64,000 nucleotides of DNA, from assembly GCA_013265495.1 (NCBI GenBank), contig MU061579.1, forward strand, positions 3,097,319-3,161,318. The letters run 5' to 3'. Below the pieces are notes generated by a model that worked only from the letters and a program-made list of their open reading frames with translations, was not told where the DNA came from and made no database searches. The stretch comes from Vicugna vicugna. Its lineage: Eukaryota. Both the position numbers and the translations under genes were made by a program. The stretch's first letter is position 1; every line of letters begins with the position of its first letter. Positions 38,010 to 51,399 of this stretch are shown here, one piece after another.

Positions 38010-38555
38010 GTACCATGATTCCCAATTATACATGACTCCTGGTATACATCCTTTTGTAGTTCCCTCATATGTTGCCCCAAAGTTAACATGACATATGGCA
38101 GAAGTGACAGTATGTTAATTTTTGAGATTAAGCTAGAAACGACAGCAGCTTCTGACTTGAACTTATTCCTTTCCTTCTCTCCATATCTATATCTACATCT
38201 AAATCTGCATCTATATTTGTATATCATCACTCATCACTCACTCTGGGAGAAGCCACATACTATGTCATAAAAATACCCAAGTCAGCTAAGGAAAAGCCCA
38301 TGTGGTAAAGAACCGAGGTCTACTGCCAACAGCCAGTGATAAAGGCCTGTCACAACTATACGGAGAGGGAACTTGGACATGGATATTCCCCAGTTGAACC
38401 TTCAGATGACACTTCTTGACTGTACCTCATGACCTAGCCTGATTCACTAGCATCAAACAAGCTGACTCACAGAAACTGAGACGATAATTGCTTATTGTGT
38501 TTCTCTGCTAAGTTTCTGAGGCCATTTGTTATAAAACAACAAATAAGTCATACTG
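38010..38555 (+). mobile_element. MaLR LTR (MLT1F-like)
   Basis: TATGGCAGAAGTGAC, ACTCACTCTGGGAGAAGCCA, CCTTCAGATGAC, CTGACTCACAGAAACTGAGA, ATTTGTTAT. Confidence 0.8.
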
Positions 38556-40329
38556 TGTCCAACAAAGATGGACCACACAATGTAGATCAGGTACCTGCCC
38601 CACATCTCCTTATGAATCTTCATTTATCCAATTAATTTTCAGTCCTTTTTTAGTATCTTCCACCTATGGCAAGGGAAATCAGGCTCAAAGATCTAATCAA
38701 ACAACCAGTCATCAGTGTACACACTCATCTGAATTGCAAGCTAATCCTTAACATCATGATAGTGTTTTTGTAAAATTCATTGTAGGAAAATCAAGGGAAC
38801 AAAGTATTTGTTGAATATATTAATAGAGTATTAACTGGCAATTGCAAGGATTTGAGCCTTTCGGGAATAACACCTGCAATCAAAATGCTTTGGCACCGTT
38901 CATTGCTAGAGGCACGGGCACACACGCACACACAGTACAGCATAAACCTTCAATATGTATCTAATAAGTCAGGGGACCAAATCTTTTTTTCACTCAGTTC
39001 ATTTCTTGTAGACAGATTATCTGTATCTTGGCTTGCTTCTAATTTTGGTGCATCCTCTGAGCCTACTATTTCTGGAAAAGTCCCCTTGCTTAAGGAATAT
39101 TCCAGTCTTTACAATGTAGAAATTATGTGTCCTGAGTCTCAATCTCTCTTCACCCTTACTTTTGCTATCTAAGGTTATAGCCAACTAATTTTCATTCATC
39201 CATTTATTCATGTATCCCTTTCTGGATTTATTCTAATGGTAAATATCATGTAATTTATTGGTGAATAAAATGTTTCTAGAAAAGTGCTACCTCCTAGAAT
39301 ATTGGATTTTATATATATATATATGTATTGGATTTTACATATATATATATGTCTCATAGGTATCGTCTTAGAGACAATTCCATAATCCAAAGAAATGATT
39401 TTCAACAGATGAAAAATCAGTATTTCTCTTTAAGGGAAAGTAAAGAGTAAGAGAAAATGTTTCACAACAGTCAACTACTCCATATCCTGAAAGAAGAATG
39501 AAGCCCATACCTTCTTGGAGTAAGAAGGTGAGCTGGACAGTGAAACAGTTTGAAGCAGCTGACCCAGTCCCTGCAGGAATCTGTCCACATGCTGATAAAG
39601 TCATTATTCCCGGAATGCCACTTTGTGAAATTAGAAAATAAAACAAAATGTCTCCTTACTAATTTGGTGACATTTGGGGGATTGTGGGACCAAACTCTGA
39701 ATGATAGAAAAATGCATGATCCTTGCCGAGAGCACTGCTGAGCTGTTTGCCCCATTCCTCCAACGAGCAGGCTGATGGATTCAGCTCCCACAGAGAGAGC
39801 TCACAAAAATATCTACAATACCTTAAAATATCACAGGCAAAGCTTAAAATGTAAAGTTTTGAACACTTTCCATTTCCATCTACCTTGGCCTTGTCTTCCT
39901 CTCACTCCAAGAATGTACCCCAGGCAGATTAAATCTCAAAGATAAAGAATTCATTTCCAGACTATGTTTCCTTGGTACATTAAAAATAGCTTTTAAAATT
40001 CTATTTTCTGGTTACATGTTATTTTTCCCTTATCATCCAACAACTGTAATATTAAGGAAATACACTGTGCAGCCTGGGGCCTTGGGAAGATAGGACCAAA
40101 AGGCTGTATGCTTGTAGATTTGGGGATTTTGTTTGAAGTTAGCCAAATTTTGTTCATTGAGATACAGTTTGCTATTTCAACCCTGTGAAGTACAACAAAT
40201 GACATGTTTATGTTTGACTGAAAATACAGCCGAAGGTCCACATCCTGAATAAGTGGAGAAATTATGTTCACGCTTAAATGGTATTTTGATGACTGTGTAC
40301 AACTCGTTTTCTGCAGTTTCTCTTGACTA

Positions 40330-40520
40330 CTTGAAGGCAGAATTAGTCTCTCATCTGTGTTCTCATAATACTTCACATGGAACGCCATGAAGACACTTTT
40401 CCAGACAGCTTTTATATGGCTTCTTCCCCCTGGATAGTGACTATTTTGAAGACAAAGGTAGTATCTTTGTTTTTTGGTGCCCAAAACATAATTCAGCCTA
40501 AGAGCTTATTAGAAGCTCCA
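40330..40520 (+). mobile_element. L2 3' fragment
   Basis: TTCCCCCTGGATAGTGACTATTTTGAAGACAAAGG. Confidence 0.45.
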
Positions 40521-40779
40521 AATCATTTGCAAAAGGTTAACTGCTACATAAAATGATTTTCATTCAGAACTGTAAGATAAAAGGTCTAAACATTGGACTA
40601 TCTTCTCAACTATCTTCTATTTCTATTAATTATTTGAGGGGTCCCCATGGGAGAGTGTTAGAGGAGGATCAGACAATGGAAGGATGGAGTGGAAACATGT
40701 CAGGAGATAGTGACCAGTGGGTAGAGGAGGGTATCTGGGTAAAAGTTTGGAGCACAAGAGATGTCTTGTAGCATGATGT

Positions 40780-41080
40780 ACAGACATATCCATAGAGCCC
40801 GGCCATCGATATTATTGTGTGGTTGGCTCTGGACACGGGTTATGCAAATGCACTGAGGTAAAACAAACCCACTGTCCACACTGAGACTGTTCACATTGGC
40901 TGTGGCTCTGGTCATGTGGGCTCCCTTGTTTCTGTGCATGTCCTGACCCTGGTTTGCCAGCCTTTTCAGAGTGACATGGTGGGTCCCAGCCTCCCTTTAA
41001 AAAAAAAAAAAAAAAAGTGCGTTCTCTACTTAAGTCAGCTAGAGTTGGTTGATGCTGCTTGTAACTAAGAATCTGACTTG
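40780..41080 (+). mobile_element. Decayed MaLR LTR 3' part (MLT1K/L-like)
   Basis: End CTTAAGTCAGCTAGAGTTGGTTGATGCTGCTTGTAACTAAGAATCTGAC resembles MLT1 termini. Confidence 0.5.
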
Positions 41081-41516
41081 AGGCAGGCATGACAAGGTTC
41101 TTAGGCACAACCACAGTTTCGGTGACTAGACTTGAGGTGCAGTGCAAGTATTTTTCACTAGAAATAAGAAACAAACTTTGTTGATTCATTGTCGTCTTAT
41201 AGCCAATCGCTAGCGAAGTGCAGTGACACACATTTGTTGATAAAGAAGAGTGTTGTGTAAATGTGTGGGTGGAGCGAATAAATGAACTGCCAGAGGGAAA
41301 AGCCAAAGAGTATTCTGTGCCAGTCAGCTAACTCAAATTACAGTTAAATCTTCCTCAAATTATGAAGCAACTCCACAGAGTATAGAAAGCAGTGAAGAAA
41401 TATTCGGGGCCTTTTTAGACAGGGAAGATTTAGTCTACTAATTAACTGAATCCAACATATTATATGCCCTTGGGCAACAAGAAACCACGCTCGCCGGACT
41501 GGATGAAGTGTGATTT

Positions 41517-41556
41517 TCTTTCTTCTTCTTCTTCTTCTTTTTTTTTTTTTTTTTTT
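41517..41556. repeat. (TTC)n plus poly-T tract
   Basis: TTCTTCTTCTTCTTCTTC followed by ~18 T. Confidence 0.9.
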
Positions 41557-42376
41557 AAGATTGAAACTAGAGTTAAGGCCTGTGAAACATAGAAACTTAG
41601 CAACACTTAGAAGAAAAATTTCTTTGATGTCAGAAAGTAATCAGTTGTACAGTATATCCTTCATTACTTAGACTTGCCTGGACCCCACCTTATCCAAGGT
41701 TGACAATTTTGTCAGGAACGGTGACGTAGCTGAGACTTTGTTTTGCTTGCAGTTCGTAAGTGAGTTTGGTATCATTTCACAGCTATCAAAAGCTTGATTT
41801 CAACATGTTTACTGATCTCAAATCTCCCACATCCTACCGTATATTTTCCACTTGGATATTTTCAGATTAGATCAAATGAAATGTAATTCAAATCAGCCTG
41901 ATTTTCCCGGCTCTAAGACAACTTCTTCTGACTTACTTGTTTCTCCTGGTAGCGCTGTAATTCTCACTGCTATTTATGCTTAAAGCACTAGAAATTCATT
42001 GGATGCATTCCATTTATTTGCCCTTTTTATTTGATTAGTGGATTTTCCCTGCGCAAGATGTCTTTGACCAGGGTCCACGGGAATGATCCGACTCCAGCAA
42101 GCTCACCAAAAAATGTTCCCCCAATTTTGTTCTCACCATCATTTTTCTCATGTGACTGTCTCTCTGTATTCCCCAGGATGAAGCCTGATTTCTCTTGTGC
42201 ACTTAATAATATTCTTATTTTACGTTATACCCCCACTAGCTCTTAGAATCTCCCATACACATCTCCACTTTAGGCAACTGGATTGAACTCGCAGTCTTTG
42301 GACCTTTTGAATACCTGCACCACTCAGCATTTTGTGGAAACCCAGCCTAACAACTAACTTTGTGGTCTTACACGTG

Positions 42377-42867
42377 AGTTGAGAGACAACTCTCCATGAT
42401 GTCTCTCCATGTTTTGAATCAGCTGCTGTTCTGGGCCACCTTTTCAAGGATGTTGGTATAACAAACTGTAAGAGAGAGAGAGAGTGTTTGTCTTCAGGGT
42501 AGAGGGAAGATTTGCTTCCCAACCTGTATGATACACATAATGCCCCCTTTCAAGGAAGATCTTGAGCAGATTTGCTAGCAGGCCCTTTTAAAGAATGAGG
42601 ACTTCCTAAGCTCAGTGTTGCTCAGTGGGACACAAATCTACTGGATGTGAATTGTCCACCTAGGCCACTCTGCATCACCCTCACGGGTCTTGGAGGGGAA
42701 GGGGAATTAATGTGAAGATACAGCTCCTGCTACACGTTGTGCTGGGAATGGTGCTTGTCTCTGGCAGGGGAGCCTTGTGTCTGCAACCAGCATCCGTGAA
42801 ACACTGGCAGGCCACCTTATTGGTTTACAAGTCAAATAAAATTTTAGATCCTTCATAGTTCTTGATG
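42377..42867 (+). mobile_element. ERVL solo LTR (LTR40-like)
   Basis: Start GTTGAGAGACAACTCTCCATG, CTTTTCAAGGATGTT, TTCCTAAGCTCAG, CCAGCATCCGTGAAAC, end GATCCTTCATAGTTCTTGA. Confidence 0.8.
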
Positions 42868-43064
42868 CTCTCCTCAATGATTATCACTTATGTCATTTAA
42901 TAAGAACATAGGATTAAGTTTGCAATTCTATGGGTATACTTATTTCTCGCATGGATTTTAAATTACTCAGAAGTAGGAAATGTAACTCATGAAACAATCA
43001 TCCAGTAAATAATATAAATATTCAAGTAATCTTATTTTTTAATTTGCTTTTCCTTGCCTGGGTG

Positions 43065-43170
43065 TAACATCAGTGAAAACTAGGGCTTGTCTTATTTATT
43101 TCTTCAAGCCTAGTGCTGAAAAAGTTCCTGGAAGATAGCATATGCTTAAAAATATGTGATGAATGAATGA
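43065..43170 (+). mobile_element. L2 3' end
   Basis: GCCTAGTGCTGAAAAAGTTCCTGG...TGCTTAAAAATATGTGATGAATGAATGA. Confidence 0.65.
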
Positions 43171-43494
43171 TCAGAAACACCAAGTTTCTGCATGTAAAAA
43201 AGACTAACTTTTCTAGATTAAATTCAAAATATAAATAAGATTACTGGTAGCAAAGATTTTGAAAAAGACTTCAGTGATAATATATCTTATATGAAATACA
43301 CATTAGCTTTACGTTCTGAGAATGGTTGTCTAAGATATGCTGTTAGCAGGAGGAAACTTCCAGGATAGAGGGAGGGGAAAAAAAAAAACACCTAGATTTG
43401 GATAAAGTGTGTCTTTATTCTGAGGCTATAGCTCTAAATATCCACCAGGACACAATTCAATAGAATTGCAAAATCTGTATAACTAGAAACACAG

Positions 43495-43760
43495 TAGCCA
43501 TTCTTCCCTAACAGGAGCACGTTCAGTGTTTAATAGACACATTGTCTCTAAACATAAAGACTACATTTCCCAGCATTCCTTGCAAGTATTACTTGTTACT
43601 AATTGAGGCCAACAGGGTAAAGGTGGAAGTGCATGTGCAGCACCTAAGAAGTGTCCTGAAGTCATGCCTTTTTTTGTGTCCTTCCTCCTTGTTTGCTTGA
43701 ATGATGCAGATGTGGTGGCTTTAGCCAAGGCAAATATTGGAATCGTGTGATATTGGATAA
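43495..43760 (+). mobile_element. MaLR LTR fragment (MLT1J/I-like)
   Basis: AAAGACTACATTTCCCAGCATTCCTTGCA...ATGCAGATGTGGTGGCT. Confidence 0.7.
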
Positions 43761-46439
43761 CATACACATTATGCTGCCTCAGTTACTTCATGTGTAACAT
43801 TGGAATACTTTTATGATTGCTTTGGATATTAAATGAAACACAAATTTAAAAATGCTTGCTATGCTCCTGGTACACACAAAACACTAAAAACATAGTCTCT
43901 ATTACTATAATTGAAGTTATATATTTAAGATGGTAGAATAATAATATAGAAAATGTTTGACCTTCTAGGAGCTGTGACATTGGTCCTGAATTTGCTTCTT
44001 CTGCATCTAATTTCTATAAATTTAAAAAAAAACTTCTATTAAAAATTATTATTACTAGCTGCTTTTAGTTTAGTTTATTTTTTCTTGGTCACTTTCAAAA
44101 TAATCTTAATCGACGAATTTGGTAAATTTAAATTTAAAAGAGTAGTCATGAAGTTTCCAACAAATAAGATCCAAGAAAACAAGGAAAATGATTCAGAATT
44201 TGAAACTCACTTCATAATCATGGTTATAAATTATTTAGCATTTTCTACATGGAGACATTATTTGAAATCACTAGAGTATGCCAATTTTATAAGGCAAATC
44301 CATTTTTTTCAGCAAGAAATGTGAACGTTGAGACTTCGCAAGGTAATAGCTAGCCCAAAGAAGCAAGCGAAGCAGAAACAGAGCTGGGTATCCAAGCCAG
44401 ATGCATGGAACACCACAGCCCAGTCTTGGCATCTCACTGACATATGTTCTACCGTATTTCTGATAGGCAGAGTGTGATCAAAAAGCTTGTACGAATGTAG
44501 CCTCAAGGAGGCAACAGAGCCATCTGTGCAAAAACACAAACATAACTGGCTCTTCCTCTCTAGAGCTGAGCCTGGAGCAGCCATTAGTGCTATTTTTTTG
44601 GACATCTTTGGTGAGTTGTACAATCACATTGTCAGTTGTGCTTGTATGGGGAGTCTTCACTGCTAAGGTTTCTTTGTAGGTGGTTAGGCTTGTGTTCTAT
44701 GGCAACACACTGGAGTACATCTTCTTTCCCAGGGCTCCTTTCTCATTTACGCAAATTATGCCCAGAATTATTTTCTTGTAGATAGATCACTTTCAGACGT
44801 TGGGAATGGAACAGTGAGAACATTTTGCAACTAGCTGCATTTTTGTTTTTTCAGGATCTTCAGTAAAAAAAAAAAAAAAAAAAAAGTACTTACTTTTGTG
44901 CCGCCCTACTTACATTTATTTAAAAGCGATTTTTAAAAAAAAAAAAAAAAACCACACAAATTCCTTAAGAGCTTTGGTTTCCAATATATAAATTTAACAA
45001 TCAGAAGTTAGCAATATTCTGGTTCAATCTTAAGAATAGAAGAGAAGACAAAAAATGGTGAAGAACTTAGAAATAGTCTTCAAAGGCTATCAAATCATGT
45101 AGGTTAAGGACATGTTCCCACGCACAGAAGCACAGCAACCCCACAGCCACGTGAGTAGCTTTCCTTTGGACCACTTTGTCGGCTTGATGTTAGGGAGGAC
45201 GAGGAGGGTCTGCTGGCCCCCAGGACTGCCCTGTGGAGAATGCTGAAAGAGAGACACGCAGCCGTAAGCCTTGAATGAATATAGAGGCGGACTCCTCTGT
45301 TCCCAGAGAGAACTATTCGGAAAATAAATTATTTATCTTAGATAACTCAAGGTTCCATTATGCCTCTGGTGCCCTTTGAGAGATAAGAGATAGAAAAATA
45401 AAAATTTGAAGTATTTAACTCATAGGAAGAAACTACTCAGCAATGTCAGGGAGCTTAGACTAGAGAGGTTTCAGGAAAAAAGGGATGAGTAACCCATTTC
45501 CAGACTAACATGCAAGAGGAGAAACCAGAAAGGATGGCTATTATTAAATCTTAAATGATATTTAAATGAAACTGAACACTCTCATATGACCAACGGCAGA
45601 GGAGACTAACACAGAGAAAAATCTCAAATCTGTTTTTGCCTGGATCAAATTTCCATTTATCTCCAATGTCTAGTGTACCCTGGGTCTGTGACTCATAAAG
45701 TGTGTTGATTGTGTTTCTGATAGAGTAGATTTTTAATTAACAAAATGAACTTACAGGCTGATTCATAATTGAAACCATGTCAGAGTAACACAATTGTTGG
45801 AATAGCTTCTCCTTTTGATGCCCTCGGAACGTCACATTCTTTCCCAACAGCTACTTTTGCCTTTGAGTGAGACAGAAAGACTGAGAGAAAAGTGGTTGTA
45901 AAAAGAGAAAGGGCAACACAGAATATTTCGAGTTGTGTTGCAGAATCTATTTTCTGAAGGCATAGCGCAGACTAGTCAAGTCTTTGCCCCATTCCACATC
46001 TTTGGAATGGAAACACTGTTTTTAATTTAAACTTTAAAAGAGAATAAATATAATAAGGCTTTTTTTTCATGCACTCCTCTCATTTCTTTCTACATCTTAA
46101 AAATATCTGTTCGATAATTAGTTAAGATTCTATTACTGGGGCCTTTTAAAGGAAAAAGAAAAGAAAAAAAAACAAAGATGACTACTTGTCTCATTTCCTT
46201 AAAACATACACTTTCATTAGCACTTTAGACTTTATATTCTGTGTTTCTCCGATTTTCTTTCTTTTCTCACTCTCTCTTATCTTCGCCCTCTCTTGCTCAA
46301 CTATCAACACGTCAACAGTTTCAAATAAAAGAAACGATAATTCAAAGATTTATTTTCTCGTTCTGGTTGCCAGGCTCTCTGAAATGAAAGAATTCTGAAG
46401 GTAGGTTATTAATTAAGGACAAGAAAATGCACATAAATG

Positions 46440-46860
46440 GAAAATAAATAGACTTTGCTGCCCACAATCTGTGTGACAGTAGGGAACTGACATTTCTGAG
46501 TGACAATTTTCTCATCTGTAGGTCGAAGATCATAATTTCTAATTTACATAGTTTCCAGTAGATGGAAGCCAGGTAACTTTCACAGTGGCAGAGTGGGGCC
46601 AGAGAACACCTGTCTAGCCCTCAGTCATCGTCTAAGATTTTTTCAGCCTTCACTCTGGGACACATAGCTGTGCTACGTATTATCTTCAGATACAATATAT
46701 CACTTTTGTTCTTCACAATAACTCTAAGATATTTAAGCTAATATTATCTGCATTATTGTAGATGAAAAAATCTGGAATCTGAAGAGATTTCATCACTCAC
46801 CTGTGGTCATTAAAAATGCAGGACATCTGACTCTAGGATTCAGAAAATCCTATACTATAC
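46440..46860. mobile_element. Two MIR fragments in opposite orientation
   Basis: TCTGAGTGACAATTTTCTCATCTGTA (plus) and TATTATCTGCATTATTGTAGATGAAAAAATCTG (minus). Confidence 0.5.
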
Positions 46861-47349
46861 AATTCTGTCTAACAACGTAATACAACTTCTCTGCAATTGT
46901 GCTGTTAATCATGCAGTCTAAAGAGTACTTACTGATTCTAGAGTCATTTCAGCCCCATCTTTATGGAAATTTGCTCCTTAAAACTCCTTTAGACAAACAT
47001 AAAAATAAAATCAAAGAACTAACATAAAACAACACAGATTTCCATAAAGCAGGGGCTACTGTGGCATATGTTCGATTCAGAATATGGAGCAGAATGGGAA
47101 ACAGTGTTAGTTTAGTCACCAACAGTCCATGTCTTGGCTGGATTTCATAACGCCTCCAGGACAAAAACATGGTGTTTTAGAGGCACACATTATCAGTACT
47201 TGTCATGAAAAAATTGCCTAAGATTTATGCAGACAAGCTTCTTTTAGTCTACTTTTTGAGGAACAGTAAGATTAGCTCAGAATGCACACACCACACAAGT
47301 ACACACACACATCTATGTATTTGTTTTTCAAATAGCTTATCTTCACCGT

Positions 47350-48300
47350 TCCTCATTCAACAAATATTTTTAAACTCCATTGTGTGGCATTCACTGCACA
47401 GGTGAAAGGAGAGTGGGGTGACAATGACATAGAAGAGCCTTACACACTTACAGGGCTTACATTTGGGTGTAGGCCTTAAGAATGCTGGGCCCAGAGAAAC
47501 TATATCCACTTGGCAAGCAGCTGGAATCTCCCCCTTGATCCTTCTGGTCCAGGCAGTCACCCCTGCAAGGTGAGGGGCCTGGTGGTCAGAGGACACAGCA
47601 GACATCCCAGAGCCCCTGGCTCTCAATCCTGCTTGGCTGGCACTGGGTTTCCATGAGGCTCTGGTCCAGGTGGAAGGCCCCTGACATGATGCGTGGGTCA
47701 GGGTGGTCATTCAGGTGCTTGATACAGTGGGCATCTCAAGCAACGAGAGCAGTCGTACGGGGCTTCAGTCATAGAACCACCATCAAATATTCCCCTCCCT
47801 GATTCCTCACCCCTTATGATGTCCTGTATCCTGTCCTATAACTGTGAATAAAGTTCTTGTCAATCCCCATCTTTAAAAAAAAAAGTCTCCCTCTCTTGTG
47901 GGAGACAGTGTAATATAGGATAAATTGATAAATAAGATGATTACAGACTGTGAAAAGTTCAGTGAAGAACAGGAATACCTAGGCTGACGTGACTGAGGAA
48001 ACAGGGAAGGGATGGCTTTGGATGGCATGTCACGGAAGATATGACTCTTTCCGGAGGTGCGATGTAAGACGCCGAAGGACAAGGAGCAGCCATGTGGGTG
48101 AAGAAGTAGAAGTCAGATCAAGATAGAGAAGACAGAGTGCAGAACTTCTGAGGAAATAAAGAGATCAGCATGTTCTGGGAATAGAAAGAGAGACCAATTT
48201 GCCTGGACCTGACTAAGCAATTTGGAAAGTGACTTGAGATGATGTTGGAGAAATTTACAGACCCGTAATCATTTAAGAATCTCAGACCACGCTATGGAAA
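47350..48300 (-). mobile_element. L2 fragments split by an LTR
   Basis: CATTCAACAAATATTTTT...GGGCTTACATT then GGGAGACAG...ATAAATAAGATGATTACAGA...GGAGCAGCCATGTG. Confidence 0.65.
47468..47900 (+). mobile_element. Solo LTR of unassigned ERV family
   Basis: GC-rich ~430-bp block starting TGTAGG, with CCTGTATCCTGTCCTATAACTGTGAATAAAGTTCTTG poly-A signal near its end; interrupts an L2. Confidence 0.6.
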
Positions 48301-48591
48301 TGGTGTTAAATTAGCAAAAAAGACATAATTCACCAAGAATTCCAATTAATTTAAACACACAAGCCAACAGAATATATGTGTACTAGGATTACACAGTTCC
48401 ATTATTCCAATCAAATCAGCAAATAAAATGTAGCTGTTTTTAGTTTATCTAGTCAATCATTTCGGTTGTGTTATCACCTATCTTGCTAGATAGTGAAGAA
48501 AGATAGGGGTACGGAATTGGTGGGGGGGGAGTGGCGAGTAGGAAGTTAATCTTTTTCAAACTCAATGTCTTTTTGAAATATTTTTAAGACT

Positions 48592-48680
48592 TTTTTTAAA
48601 AAATAAAGGTACTGAATATTGAACCCAGGACCTTGTGCATGCTAAGCATGTGCTCTAACACTGAGCTATTACTTCCCTCC
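48592..48680 (-). mobile_element. Second Vic-1-like SINE, short
   Basis: GGTACTGAATATTGAACCCAGGACCTTGTGCATGCTAAGCATGTGCTCTAACACTGAGCTA, same family as 3324-3444. Confidence 0.85.
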
Positions 48681-48696
48681 TTGACACATTTTAACT

Positions 48697-49100
48697 GTGG
48701 CAGACAAGTAACTCCTCAATTGTCTTCTCTTTTATCGTGGTAATAGAGCTTTAGTGACAGCATGAAAATCAAGAAGCTTAGGTGCAAGATTTCATAGCCT
48801 CCTTGCCATTTGGGCATCCCACTGAGTTGTGAATAAACTGATGTGTGCAACTTCTGCATCACTTTCTTTAGTGGAAATTGTTTGACTTCAAATTCCTCAT
48901 GTTCCCTTCTTTGAGCTGGAAAGCATAATGGTGTGAGAGCTTGTCTCAGACATGTAGATGAAGAAAACACCCCAGTGCTTTGGGGAAGGAGGAACTACAA
49001 GATTAGAAGCGCTGGGGCCCTTGAATAACCCTGTAGAACGAATCTTCCTCACTAGTCAAGGTCACTCACTTCCGTAGCATTACGTGAACACAGATGGGTG
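48697..49100 (+). mobile_element. MaLR LTR (MLT1J-like)
   Basis: Start TGTGGCAGAC, GATGTGTGCAACTTCTG, ACAAGATTAGAAGCGCTGGGGCCCTTGAAT. Confidence 0.7.
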
Positions 49101-51399
49101 AGCAATACATAATGCTGGGTACGTACGTATGAGAGTTCATGTCTGGGGAAAGATGAGGCTTCAGGTTTGTAGGCGTGGGAAAATGGGGTCACTCTTCTGT
49201 CCTCAAAGGTGGGAGTGGCTACATACTGTCTTCTGGATCTTCTCTCTGGGAGATGTCTCCAATCTAAAATCACCGATTGCTCAACCTGTTTATTTTCAAA
49301 GTATGGAGGGATTACTCTTAGTGAAAGCATAGAAGATCTAAACCTTAGCTCTGCATGGTCCTGCAGTCTCGTGAATCACACCCTCATTCTCTAACGAGTC
49401 CTTTGTTTCAGCTGTTCCAGCTACTGCTAAGCCTGTGGGCTCTTGCCTGAGTCAGTCCCTGAAGCACTGTCTCTTATATGAACATCTTCTGTGTCTGCTA
49501 CAAAACATTCGCAATTTCTGGACTAAGTACACAACGTGGTAGCTGAAGGAGGCATGTGACAATAGCTGAGGCTGTTTCAATGCCTAATCACTCCATGCTT
49601 ATTGTAGAGACGGCTTGTCCATGGCAACAGACTTTTTGAAGATAACTAAAAGGGTGATGGGTTTTACTGTAGATTTCTTTCACTTCCATTTCTTCTATAA
49701 TCTCCCAATATTTTGCATGTGTGTGCATATGTGTGTGTGGACAGGGAACCAGAATACTCATGCACACCTACTTATTCCCACACCTCTTCTTTCTGTGTTC
49801 TACGGTGTCCTATACAGAAGTGTTTCAGTTTTCTTTCCAAGCAAGCAGGTCTTGCTTTATATCATTTCCTCATTCTTCATGAAGAAGTTCTTGTTCTTGA
49901 CCCCTCGCACTAGCTATAATATTTGATGGCTTTAGAAGGAATTGATTTGTCTGCTACAGAAATGGAAAGATATCAGCTTCATATTTCATGATATTATCTT
50001 CAAGACACATGCTTATATACATGCCCGTATAATATGTGTATTATTAACTCACTTGGCCAATTTTTATCAGAAAATCTTAAGAAATCGAGTAGGTGGAGAC
50101 ATTTTTGAAATTGACTTTTTAAGACCGTCTTCAGTCTTCGTTCTTATCTTTTGCCAGAGCTAATTTGAAACTTCACTTACTAACCTGAAGATAACTGTGT
50201 GCTCTTCGGCTGTATTATTTAGAATATAGGTAGAATCTTGCAAGCTGAAATAGTGCTCATTTCTATACAAGGAGATAATCCTGTTTGAGATTCCCAATTA
50301 TGATATCTTGACAATAAAGCTTTGACTGTTTTCTGTTTCACAAACTGGAGTACTCATGCAAAATTTCTTGTTTGTTAAGTACATCTTGTATGTAAGCAGC
50401 AATTCGGCTTATTTTTATAACTGAGAAATTTAACCTCTAAAAAGTGTTTAGTGACTTCACTTCCTCTTCTTCAAACTCTCAGAGGAAAATGGAAATGCTG
50501 CATTCAAAACACAAGTCCTCAAAAGAACATTTGGTGCATCAAAAATTCATTATAGGTGCCAGGATAAATTTGGTACTACACAACTTTCCTGAACCAATAA
50601 AGTTTTAAAGATATTTCTGATATGTTATCTACAACACATTTGAAAATACACTTGGAAGAAATATAGAAGTCACCATACATTTCTTCTAAGAAAAACAGCT
50701 GTTTTCTTCCTCATCCCAACTTGAATAAATAAACAGACAAGAAGATATAGAGACAGATGAGGCCCAGGAGAGAGACTTGAAGATATAAATATCAACCACA
50801 TTTAAAAAGAAGCATTCGCTTAAGTGTCCATCATCTTAAGCTTTCTTTTCCATAAAATAATTTTAAGTCAGATTATTCTATAACAGGATATAAAGTGTAA
50901 AAAATTATAGGAACATTAAATTTTGTTAACTATGTGCTATATTCAATATATTTATTGAAAAATTATTATAAAAATCTCAATTATAATTATTAAAAAACCT
51001 CTTTAATTCTCAAGGAAGATGAGACTTTCAGGAGGATGGGAAGAAGACATGGCAACTACCTGATTTTCCATATTCATTTTCTTAGGATATGTTTCATAAT
51101 ACAGGCAACCATTTCTTCCCAAAGAAAAAGTTTTTTTTTGTAAATCATAGTTTTGACCTGAAAACTTAGGATCAACTTCATAAAAGAATAGTAAAAAATA
51201 AAGCAATAACTCCAAAACATCATAGTTACATAAAAGTGTAAAACAATTAATAGAACTATACAGATAAAGATAAATTCATCTCTTATGGCAGGCAGCTCTT
51301 GTTTACACTGCCCTATAAATCATGCACAGTGTTTTTATACATAAGTCTATTTTCAAAATGTTTGACTCCAAACTATATGCCTTCTGTAAAAAAAAAAAT

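Noticed and set aside
39993..41306. Longest ORFs (163 and 164 aa, minus strand)
   Set aside because: They run through L2 and MLT1 relics and a poly-A tract (FFFFF), and show no recognisable domain or exon structure.
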